NCBI RefSeq assembly: GCF_964204645.1
Contig: NC_134033.1
Location: forward strand, 14,082,655-14,146,654
Source of the DNA: Tubulanus polymorphus
Lineage: Eukaryota > Animalia > Nemertea
Direction of reading: 5' to 3'
DNA length: 64,000 bases
A program made the translations under genes and the position numbers. Of the stretch, positions 53,001 through 64,000 are shown one piece after another. How positions within the stretch are numbered: the stretch's first letter is position 1; each line of letters starts with the position of its first letter. The notes under the pieces were generated by a model. The model searched no databases, had not been told where the DNA came from, and saw nothing but the letters and a program-made list of their open reading frames with translations.

Positions 53001-55596
53001 TCATTGGTTTTTGAATGAGCATATGGCGCCAGTCAAAGGATCGATTTAAAACAAGTCTAAGGCCATCTTTGTTCTTTTGCCACAATCTAATAATTCTTTG
53101 AAGAACCATTTGACAGGGTTCTTGGGAGAAATGGTTCTTCAAGAATGGTTCTTCAAATAGTTCTTCAAAGAACCTTTACCAGGGGTTTATCAAGGAACCC
53201 TACAAAAAAGGTTCTTTGAAGAACCTTTAGGATTCTCCCTGGGAGGCAAGCCCAAGAACCCCTAAAGGTTCGAAGGTAGAACGCTTTGTTCTAAGAGTGA
53301 TCTTTGTTCTTTTGCCACAATCTAATAATTCGAGACCAAACGTCCAATTCTAGACCTATTTTGTATAAGTGAGCCTAGGTTCTGTTGGGTTGAAATATGC
53401 GGTACTTGTTTGAGAAAGAGTGAGAGGACACTTACGTAAGCCTTCTGACGTAGAGTCATACCGACGTCGTAAACGATTAGTTTCTCGTTCGGTAGGAATC
53501 GATGTACGGATCCGATAGCGTCCAAGGCTTCCTCGTAGCGGCGAGTGGACAGCGCCATCACCAGCACCGGGGACGGCACGTACTCCTGATTCAGATCGAC
53601 GAACTTCTGATCTTGTTTCAAAATCGATTTGATCATCGGGTGGTCGTAGGAGAATCCGAAATTTAATCCTGTCAGAAAAGCGAAAGCGCATTAGAAGAAT
53701 ACAGCCATTACGAATTTCACGAAATCGACGCATTTGTAAACGATTCGAAGGTAAATATTTTGTTCGCAACATTCACAAGCGATACAAGGCAATACCCACT
53801 TCACCGATACAGTGTCAATTCTCCCCCTACCCTACAACTGTCAAACTGAATCTAGAACTGTGGAAATGGATTCAGAGTCAAATTAAACCCACACAACTGT
53901 TGAACTGGATCCAGGTTCAAATTTAACCCACCCAACTGTGGAACTGGATCCAGATTCAAATTAAACCCACGCAACTGTGAAACTGGATCTTAGATTTTAA
54001 TGAAACCCACACAACAAGGTAATAAGATATATTAATTAATCAAAATAATCCCGAACTCTTAAACTAATCCCGCCATTGTTATTTAGACACTAACCAGTGT
54101 TAACTCCGCGTAGTCCGGGCTCGTACAGGGGCAAACTGTGATGTCGATGCCGCATCAACCGTTCCAAATCCTGAGAGTGGAAATGGGGATGGATTCGTTG
54201 ATGGTGGTAGGTACTTTTAGACTTCTGCTGAAACGAATCGTAAGTCTGCACAGGATAATAAACCAACAACCCAATCATAGATCAGTGAAGGTATTTTTGA
54301 GAAGACGACAACAGATAAATCTGTATCATCACGTCTCGTATGGGACAAAATGAGGATCTAAAGCAGAAACAGTTCATATTTTTGGTGTAAGCTTGAAAGC
54401 GCCGTCTGTGCTCGCTTGATGAAATAGCTATGACATTTCTAAGGATCTAATATCGCTAAGACGCACTGGTCGACACATCATATCAAGACTCGTCTAATTC
54501 CCTGAGTGTTGTGTTCGTTTCTTTTTGAATTGAATGATCTTGTTGAACCTGTTTATAAACAGTTCGCCTTGTCCAATTAACGAATGTTTGCGTACATTCA
54601 TAGTTCTTATGAGAATTTTCACGTTAGTTTTTGTTTCAATCGTTGGTAATCCTCTCCCGCCTCCCACCTCGTTTTTCTAGTATCGACTAAATCGTCTAAC
54701 AGTAAAGATTTTTCTACTCAGTCCGTATCCGGACTATATTTGTATTAGTTAGAAAGATCTTATTTTCAGTAACGAAGCGAAAAATTGATAAAAAAAAACC
54801 TTCAGATTAGGCAACAATGCGCATGTACTGCGTAAAAACGCTTTGTTTCCAAGAAAAGAACGCGAAACGTCATCTAGAAATTATCTATTTATATCTGCTT
54901 GAAGACTCTTCAAATATGAATACCACGGCATCAAAAAGAAAAATGACCCGCTCTGAATTATTTACTCAATTACAGGAGTTTCAATGTTTTTATCATTGGC
55001 TTTCACCGCCAGGAAATAGAATCCTTCCTTTGCTGGATTATGTATGTAGTGCAGTATGTTTTATTCAAGTTTCTGCACTGCGTAGTATACGTAAACGAGG
55101 CTTTTTACTGATGATGACAATACCGTGACCCTAAAACTCTCTGACTATTTGGACGAATCGTCGATAAAGCGGGTTAGGCCTTACAGGTCGCTAGCCAGAA
55201 TTTATCATTGCGCTGAACAAATACAGATTTGTATAGCGTTATTTGATCAATGAACCATAAAAAATACTTTTCAATTTGAAATAATATAATATGTATGCTA
55301 ATTTAGCAGAGCGCTAGGCATTATTACGGGTTCGAGTCCCGCGATACGATAGTATTTCACCTCGGGTTCGAATCCTAAATATCTCGTGCGTTTTTTAGAC
55401 TGATATACGCGTTGATAATTGAAATATCAAGTACGGTGTTTTTGGGGTTATAAGGGAATGCGGGATAGGTTGGGAGGACTTGTCGTACCTTTGCTATTTC
55501 TTTATTATTGAGATAAAGCATTCCGAATATCAACAGAATCCCGGCAATAATCGTGCAGTATTTGACGATGAATCGATGTTTGAATAGAAGCTCCAT
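50036..55596 (-). CDS. Type II membrane DUF1647-like putative glycosyltransferase with Gln-rich repeat tail (~640 aa), 5 coding exons
   Basis: Exons 55596-55489 (TM anchor IIAGILLIFGMLYL), 54245-54095, 53668-53436 (VLVMALS...IGSVHRFLPNEKLIVYDVG), 52818-52714 (FPFKLFPPYV...HWKPLV) and 51361-50036 (AILWMESSTRF...CHRYDQSVFNVLL) join in frame. The WKP and CHRYDQS motifs are what I recall for DUF1647-type proteins. Confidence 0.8.
50175..50640 (-). repeat. Coding 21-nt minisatellite, ~22 x QQQGVP[V/L/A]
   Basis: Counted in the translation of the last exon. It also explains the overlapping shadow ORFs. Confidence 0.95.
51435..51602. mobile_element. Pogo-like MITE copy (intronic)
   Basis: Shares gaatgaaattctaggtt and other blocks with 1903-2092. 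Confidence 0.6.
51991..52241 (-). pseudogene. Duplicated splice acceptor plus first ~47 nt of exon 4 of the DUF1647-like gene
   Basis: Near-identical to 52772-53022 (offset 781 bp). Confidence 0.85.
53097..53299. mobile_element. Fragment of an element with aagaacc subterminal repeats and a CACTCTTAGAACAAAG end (CACTA-like, non-autonomous), bounded by a 32-bp direct repeat
   Basis: Repeated gaagaacc/ggttcttc motifs. The end ttctaagagtg is the reverse complement of CACTCTTAGAA. atctttgttcttttgccacaatctaataattc occurs at 53065-53096 and 53300-53331. Confidence 0.55.
53855..54015 (-). repeat. ~39-bp minisatellite family array in an intron
   Basis: About four aactgtggaactggatccag...aaattaaacccac units. 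Confidence 0.85.
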
Positions 55597-57003
55597 GTTT
55601 AGTCTGTCAAAGGCTCTCGAAGGATGATCTTTATACATCTGTAACGCACGTGCGGTTGCCTGTGCGCGCACTCTCCAGTCCAGATGATCGAGGAACTTTT
55701 TCAGACTTTGTTTTTAGAAATCCACGCGTGGTAAATAAACTCAGGCCTAACCGGCTGATTCGTGATAAACGAATTTATCCAGTCACGACTTGGGCGTGAT
55801 GTATATCGAACGGGTTTAAAAGCGTCTCGATTCGATTAGTTACCGCACAAATCGTGGCGGTCGCTTTGTTTCGCAAGGTTTCGCGACTATTTCGATAAAG
55901 ACACAGAAATTATCGTAATTTCAGTATCCCAATCTTAATATGCGGTTCACGCTCTGCAAGCAATTTTACAAAAACGAATTATACACGTCCAAAAATCGTC
56001 GCCGGTGAACGGATTTCGACCTATCGCTTCCAAGCAAATAAACGTCTGCCATGTCTTCATTCAAAGTAAATCGATAAAAACGTTTCTTGATGTGACGTGA
56101 ACAAAAAGTTGCTTTACACGTAGCTGATTCCAGCGTGTTGTTTTAAGCAGGTTTTCGTCCCACCCTGCGCCGTCCTATGTATATTTCAAAGGCCACAGCT
56201 GTTCACGTGTATGAGACCTAAGGACCCCGGATCCATTCGTCACTATACAGCTTACCGGCGTCACAGCTGGATTTTATTAATGACCTGCTCATCGATTTAA
56301 ATTACGCATTGTTTTCGTTCAAATTAGTGAAACGGTTTTTTTATTGGCTGTTGATATTCGCCGGGGCCGCAAGCAAAAATAAACAATGTTCATGAATTAA
56401 CCATGGGCTTTAAATTTGATCGTTTTTGTGGCCGTGAGTTAACATCGGATATTTAACCTCTTATAACCGACAATGCGGCAAGCCAGGATTCCTTGATCCA
56501 CCAGGTTCGCTAGTTTGCTTTCTTTAAGGGTCGCCTCTTTGGTTGCATAAAATGTAGTTAGCTTTTTAATGTAGTATAAACTCTGTAAATAGTGCTAACC
56601 GCGGTAAGGCTTAAAAATCGGCGTAGGAAATCACTGCTGTAGCTAACAGGGTTTACCTGTACCCGCCCCTAGTGGATCCTCGATTGCCACAGGAGGCACA
56701 TTCCATCATCGGGCCGATGACTCTTCTTAAGATTTCCATAGGTAGCAATATCTGTATGTTTGTTTTTATTTTACTTTGCGTCGTTTCGGTTTCCCAAGAC
56801 TATTAATCCCGCCGGATTTTATATTTCGCCGCACGCTCTAAGCAGCCAGCAGGACTCGAACCCGCTTGCCACAACCGCTGCACTGATGATAGTGAAGGCG
56901 ACAACAACTACGCACTTGATCACACACCGAGCTGCTGAGGCCGATTTGTACATACTAATACCGAACCTGGTGGTGGATGCTACGAGTGGCACATCCTCCC
57001 TCT

Positions 57004-57322
57004 GCAGGGACTCGAACCTGATGGCATCGCTACACTCAGCCACGGCACGAACCCCTGCATCAGTAGACCGGGTGCGCAGGTACATGCGCAGCTTTCCGAA
57101 CGAAAACTGACGGCACCAATCAGATTGCTCGTTGTATAATCGTTGAGGCAAATTTCAAGTAAGAACTATAAATGGGAAAACCCGGGCTAAAATAAAACGG
57201 GATTTCTGATTGGCTAAAAATCACATCATCTGAACTGCGCATGTATCTGCGCACACGGTCGATTATGGCAGGGTTTCGTGCCGTGGCAATCTCGATGCCA
57301 TCAGGTTCGAATCCCTGCCGAG
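57004..57322. mobile_element. Inverted-repeat element with tRNA B-box-containing arms
   Basis: gcagggactcgaacctgatggcatcg...catgcgcag pairs with ctgcgcatg...cgatgccatcaggttcgaatccctgc. Another left arm starts at 63774. Confidence 0.7.
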
Positions 57323-58349
57323 GTATGCTACGAGTGGCAAGGGTGGCAAAATTTGGTTATAGTAAACTATCGTGCATAGCGTATCCTCGATAGCCGCAGG
57401 TGGCAAAATTAAAATCCGCACCGGTATATCTAAACATATTCATTCTAATTCACAATTGCTTGCTTTCATAGTTTTCTGAACTCGATACGATTTAATCCGA
57501 ACACCTTCATTACTCATCGGGCTTATAGCGACGGAATCAAATTAGGCGGTGTAAGGATACCGATCTTATTTCGATCATCAATAAGTGAAGAAATTGAAAA
57601 TTAGCGTCGATACGTGTGTCACACGGGCCTGCATTATTCGAGTCGGTACGAGTGTGTGTGGCGCCCGCGCGCGTGCGTGAGTGTGAAATTAATCACAACT
57701 TCTGATTGAAACTCGCCCACATTATAAAACGTTTGTCATCCGTATATTCTGACGACAGACGAACTACCACTTCCTCCGTGTTAACCGGGTTTAGATTAAA
57801 TAACGAGACAAGTAGAACTTGAAAAAGGTTAACTTTTTTTTGACGCACGAGCTCTCCGGTGCTACTAATGTATAGACGCATCATCTGGTGAAGATCATCT
57901 ATTTCAAATATTCAAACCAACCATTTTGGATTACACTGATTTTGGGAGAAATTGTTTGCGCAATGCGACCAACCGTTAGGCCTAAATCTCGTATCCCCCG
58001 AGACAAAATTCGGCTTCCATAGACTGATTGTCAATAAACGACTTCCTATAATTTAATTGAAATAAGCGATAATCATGAAGAAAACTAGTGACTTTTCGAC
58101 TTAATTCTACATGAGGCATTTTAACTGTTTTGAAAATGGCCTAAAGAATGGGATACTGAAAACGCTACTGTGGCAAGCGAGGTTTCCGCCAGGATCGCTA
58201 TTGGCACTTACCGCGCTTCAATTCCTTATACAGTTCAATCAAATTCGAGTTAACTTTTCTAATAAGTAAATGAATGTTTAGCGAAATCTTTACCACATAC
58301 TGATGGAGGAAGCGACCTAGAGGAGGCACTTCGATTTTGGCCTATTTCC

Positions 58350-59040
58350 ACGTGGGTTTGACGACCGCGCATCGCGCATTTGAATACATTTCGATGAAAA
58401 CGCACAGAAAAATCGATCAAATCGACCTTGAAATATTTGAAATTTGAATTATTTAACGGCGTGTTCTTCGCGCGTCGGAGATGCTGCGTACGTTACGTAC
58501 GTGGTGCTGTGTGGCGGCGGCTATTCCCACACCCGCGCGCTCGCCGATATAAACCGACGACAACTTCACGGACATTCAGACGAACTTCCAACCGACGAAA
58601 TTCATTTATTCAAATTCGAAGCACGAATTTCCGCCGGTATTTCGACCGCAGAAGACCGTCGCGCTAGCTGGAAAATCGTTCGAAATATATAATATATATT
58701 CGAAAAATCGGGCCGGATTTCACCGAAAATAAGTTCGAATTGAAACCGACCGAACAAAGGACCAGTCCACGTCGAGTTGCTATTCCTGGTTGGGGAAAAA
58801 GGCGAGTCGGCATTCTTCGGCGAAAAGTTCGCTAAACTGAAGCACCTTCGATTGAGTCAAGTGACACCTGCGCGTTTTTCACCGTCGCTATATATATATA
58901 CATATATACGGCGCTTGCGTGTACGCTCGGCGGCCTTCTTTAAATAGCGTCGCGAAACTTTCGAAACGAGGAGTTAAACCGACGATCTCGGACAGGAAAA
59001 AATCCGTAGCTCCGAAATCCTTAAAGTAGAAGTGGTAAGT
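58350..59040. promoter_or_regulatory. CpG-rich putative promoter and first non-coding exon of a plus-strand gene; may be bidirectional with the DUF1647-like gene
   Basis: High CpG density, TA-rich box at ~58889 and a consensus donor gtg|gtaagt at 59034/59035. Confidence 0.35.
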
Positions 59041-61789
59041 AGGAAAACAGTGATTATGATTTATACATATTAATGTTTTTTTTTTCTTCGGATAACTTTG
59101 ATCTGCATTTTTTGTGCTTAAGACTTTGTGTCATTTGTTTAAAAGAAAATAACGATACTTTTACGGGAAGACGAATTTTTTGTCATCGACAAGACTCAGC
59201 TTTATAGATTTTAATATTCAGTTAAATAATTGAAAACATATTTTGCATATGTAATCGGAATTTACTTATAATTGTGGCGTTATAGGTCGAGCATTGCCAT
59301 TTTATGATAGTGTAGTATTTAATCTCTGAACCATAAGCTGAACGCACACGACGCAGGGAAACGCCGAAACAGGAGACGGAAACATGTCTCCGAACGTTTC
59401 CCTGGGTCGTGTGCGTTCACGAAATACGAGAAACACGGTTACGGGAAACAATGTTTTTGAGATAAAAAACTGAGGTTTGATTCCGAGTTTCTGCGTTTCC
59501 GTGCGTTGGGGCTTCACGCGTGCCTATTTCAAAATGTGTTGGTCGAACGAATTACGCTTGATATGCTAAAACGTCATCCCGGTGTATTTCTCTGAAACGC
59601 ACTCTCTCCTCACCTCTGCGCCAAAACGCGTCCTCGGCTGATAAATAAATTAATTATTTTCTCATTAACCGCCGAGTTCATTTTCAGCGCCGCTCGCAAA
59701 AGCACCGAAATTCTATAACGAATCTATGAAATGTATATCGCTGTATTTCGCAGACGATGTGAGCAAGTCGAATTAAGCAATTCATCTGTATGGCAAGATT
59801 AGATCATTTTCATACACGATAAAGTTGAATTCGCACCTAAATCCCTCTCGGATATAATTCACAGAAAAATCTAATAGAATATTCATCATGTATATTGTAT
59901 ATCATATATTCATAACTGAGACTGTTTCATTTATTAAAGCATGAATTTTATGGATCTTTTGTAAGGCATGAAATTCTCGAATTGTGAGTTGCACGGTTAG
60001 ATCTGACATCATATCAGAAAATTCGAATATTTGTGTCCCGTCGAATGATTTATTAGATTAGACGGTTGTCTTACGTCGATTGTTGAAGTTCGTAAATTAT
60101 ATAGATTTATAGAAAGGCGAGAATTGGAAATAATTTGAAAGTTCGTGGTTTCGAGTTCGAGAACTGAAAGTTCAACTAGCAGCCTTCCTCTAAAAGCCGC
60201 GTTGGAGCCAAAATAACCATAAGTTGTTGTTGAAATTCGATTTGACATTAGAAAAACCTACATAGAATTCAGAGATTCGCCTGATTAAATTTTCAACATC
60301 TAGAAGGGATTTTCATTTCTAATTCTTTCATCTAGACTCATATCAAATATCCCTTTAAGCTTCAGTGCCTACGATACAGGCGATCCCGTGTACAGATTAG
60401 ATCGGATTAGGAACGTGGATATACTGTCCTCGAGGCTTTGACGGGTGTCGACCGTCCTAGCCTCGGGGGTCTAAAAAACCTCTCGCTGTTGTGATGAACT
60501 CCTCAAACGGCCGGTAGCGCGGTTCCATATGGGTTATTCGTGAAGCTAAGAGAGCGAACCGGAGCCAGCCACGTGTAGGTTCTTTGGAAACTGTACTGTC
60601 TCACAACGAGTGCTGTCTTACAAAAACAGACACTTCGCTTCTCGGTAAACGCCCCTCGTGACTTTGAATTGGTAACGTGATCTTTGAGCGTGTAAATATA
60701 TTCTATTCGGAGATCGACAAGAATAAAGAATTAAACGTTGATAAAAACCGATGCATCTTTCAAATTGGATCAAGTGACACTCAAACAACTTCAACACCGA
60801 ATCATAACCACAGTGGGTCGTCCTTCTCTTGTATAGGCTTAACTGACCTTATAATTCAGTAACTGGCGAAAAGAATAACACGATACCGAAAGCCTGGAGA
60901 TAGATTACACCTGCAAACGCTCGCAAATTACTCAATTTAATTATTCAATTATTCATTTTTCCTTTTGTCCAACGACAGCTTATTATTTTGGCCAAGGACG
61001 TGGGTGATTCGGGCTCAGATTCGTTTCTCGGGTAACTGGAGCAAGTCAAGCACGAAGGGATTTCTAATATTTCCAACATTAACCAATCGATGTACGAACT
61101 GATATTATAATAACACGCAACGCGATCGCATTGGCATTTCGCGAAGCCGCCATTAAAAATCTGCATATCATATGCAAATGAATGCGTAACGGTTACAATT
61201 TTTTGAACTATAACAATAAAGGGTTTGTGATTGTGCCATCTTAGCCACTTAGATACGTGGAGCCAGTTCCATAGTGTAATAATATCAAGTAGATATTAGA
61301 TAAATCTTTAAATAATGATAATAATGATAATAATAATAATGATAATAATAATAGTCTCTTCCTCCTTCCCATGATAATGATAATCCTAAATCCTAATCCG
61401 AATTGATGTACATCGTCGTATGCAATTCTATGGTATCGCGTAGGCGCTGTGTTGTATTCTAATGTTATTTCACGTAATGGAAAAAAACATCAACATCAAT
61501 GGAAGTAAAACAGAAAAATCCACTTTTTATTGACCGAGGTTTTTCCTCTCGACTAGTGCTTTTGACTTGGCTCCATAAAAAAACTAGAAAAAATCCATTG
61601 TTGTTTCTTCGTGTATCCATTTCTTTGCAGTATCATGTCATCTTGATGACAAAAAAATTATTCTATTCTACAATTTTTTCTCATCCTCGTTATTGACAAA
61701 GTGGGATCCTGCGGTTCTGACTTTGCATCTAAGTTGCACAGTAGTGCGGGCCTTAACTATGGATGTAATTGCACAGTTATTTTGCTGAT

Positions 61790-62075
61790 ATGATTCTAGT
61801 TCCACATTTGGGCGGAATTAATCTGAACCTTAGACCCACTTCTAGGGTTTCCCGTATTTTATTTGAATCTGGATCTAAAAAAACACAGTTGTTTGTTTAA
61901 TTCCTAACTGGATCCAGTGAAACAGTGTTTGGCTAAAATGACTCTGGACCCACTTCCACTGTTTTCTGGGAGTAATTTCAATCTGGACTCAGTTCCACAG
62001 TTGTCAGTTCAATTTCACTCTGGATCTAGTTCCACAGTTGTGAGTTTGATTCCGGACCCAGGTCCACAATTGTAG
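61790..62075 (+). repeat. Degenerate ~39-bp minisatellite family array
   Basis: ctggatc(c/t)agttccacagttg units. Confidence 0.7.
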
Positions 62076-62822
62076 ATAGTTAAAAGGCTCCCGGCGCCAT
62101 TTTGGTGGCTCCCGATGAAACCTTTCTCACCGCCGAGACAAACATCATCGACATCATGGCTCAGTGTAGGCGATTCGCTTTTTGTATCTCACATATCCCG
62201 GCTGTCTGTAAAAAGGTAGCTCGGATGAAAATATGATGGATAAAATTAATAGAGAATTGATTTTCCCAGGACGTCTTCGACACCAAAGAAGTCCGTGACG
62301 TTGACTCCTTTCATCATGGTAACAGAAACGTACATGCGCTCATAAGTAAGCGCGTTGTTTTTTTTAATGTATCGCTTTTTCCCCCGTCGTGTTTCGGATT
62401 ATCAAGAGCCATTACACGAGTCAGTCAATTATTCACCGGTTTCGTCTGACACCGAAGTTACCGAAGATGTTAAACACAGCTTTCGATCAAAACTCTAAGA
62501 CCAGATTATTAATAGTCGAATATCAAATCATTGATGCAATAAGTTCTCTCGTACGTGTCCCAGTCAGGCGCGCGCTGTGCTACTCGGGTATCAGTAAACT
62601 ACGCAGTTCGATGAACTAAACGCGCGGCTATAATTGGTAATCATTAGTAAGTAAACAGATCCGATCGGTAACCAGTGACTACTTCCATGTTGTTTTTGTT
62701 GCGCGCGTGAAGATTGTAATCGAACGCCAAAAAGTCGAATGGAAAATGTGCGAGCGCTAGATTGCGCGGTAGAATCGAAGGTATGACGTTACGGTTATGA
62801 AGTGACGTCGGAACAAAAGTTT

Positions 62823-62884
62823 GCCGCGCCGGGACTCGAACCCGGGTCTCGCACGCCCGAGGCAGATGCGCATTCCACTTGACC
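62823..62884 (-). mobile_element. tRNA-derived SINE head or tRNA pseudogene
   Basis: Minus strand has an A-box-like tcggtcaagtgg and a B box ggttcgagtcc at tRNA spacing. No acceptor stem is evident. Confidence 0.55.
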
Positions 62885-64000
62885 GATTGATTTAGTTCAT
62901 TCGCTCAGTTGTCATTCCTATTGTCGTATTGTCGCACAGGGGAAAGGGTCAACGAGGAAATTCGCTCATACCAGCTAAATTAGAAATACCTTTCCGCGAT
63001 TGTTCGGATTGTTCGTTGTCAATTCGTCCATCATCAAAAAGCGACGGTTCCTACTACCCGCGCCCGTTTAATATATACACTACACAGAGACGAAAGTCAA
63101 ACACGATTGGAATTTGCGTCTTGTTTTCGAGTGATAATGCTCGTGAGGTCGAGGCATTCAGTGCAGAATTAGAGCCTCACGGGCATGACAGGCTAGTTCG
63201 ATTAAATCTAACAACTCATATTCGACCAGACGCCCGTGCTCGATTTGGTTCTATAAACAATCTCATAACCATTACCAGTCCTACTGAATTAATATTCATA
63301 AATACAAACATATAAATACGGAGGGCATCCGCGGAGGAAAAATTCTCTTATTTGATTCTCTATACTTGGCAAATCGAAACAAGTCAAGCACTGCCAAACA
63401 TAACCGCAAATATCAATGAATAAATATTACATAAACCTATCACTGTTAAATGATATACGATACTCGTAGAGCCTAACGCATCAGTGGCCCGATTCACGAT
63501 AAATCTCATCGGGCCTTCTCCGTACTTAACAATCGAGACGGGGCTCTAGTTCCACGTGAACCCCTACTAATGTCTAATTCAACTTGACTTTAAAGAGCAC
63601 GTCAGGTGGCCTAGGTCAGTCAGTTTTGATATGGAACATACCTGATAACAGTCCATAAAGGTTGTAAGTCCAGAAAGGACCGGCAGTTGACCTAAAACAT
63701 CGATTCTTATTTTTGATTTTTTTCCATTTTTAACAATCTTGAAGGATATGCAAAAAGTCTTCATTGAAAGATGCTCGGCAGGGATTCGAACCTGATAGTA
63801 TCGAGACTCTGCCATGGCACGAACCCCTGCCCGATTAGACCCAGCACGCGGGTATACAAGCGCCGCTTTGTGGTACGAAAATGCGGTGCCAATCGGTTTG
63901 CATGTTGTATATAGTCGCTGATTCACCGATGTATATAGTCGCTGATTCACCGATAGCTATAAATAAAATGACAACCCGGGCCGCGACAAAACGGATGAAT

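Overview
Eukaryotic (animal, invertebrate-like) genomic DNA: AT-rich, GT-AG introns, many short repeats. The species cannot be determined from the sequence. By splicing exons manually I reconstruct seven genes: (1) a 3-exon GPI-type Ly6/uPAR three-finger-like gene (minus, 4260-6125); (2,3) two tandem-duplicated micro-exon genes not resolved by the ORF track, each encoding a 68-69 aa secreted precursor ending in GRxPPGF-GK*, i.e. a predicted C-terminally amidated peptide (minus, 8775-10198 and 17378-18474); (4) a class I SAM methyltransferase (histamine N-methyltransferase-like) with one coding exon, lying between those two paralogs (plus, 13800-14681); (5) a four-TM protein with one coding exon (minus, 25068-25982); (6) MIS12 with six coding exons (plus, 44817-48199); (7) a type II membrane DUF1647-like putative glycosyltransferase with a (QQQGVPV)~22 tail (minus, 50036-55596). 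The rest is MITEs, tRNA-derived SINE-like pieces, a 64-bp satellite apparently derived from a MITE end, a dispersed ~39-bp minisatellite family and simple repeats. The best candidate for an undescribed system is the PPGF-amide peptide pair with its intervening methyltransferase. All gene models are manual and lack transcript support.
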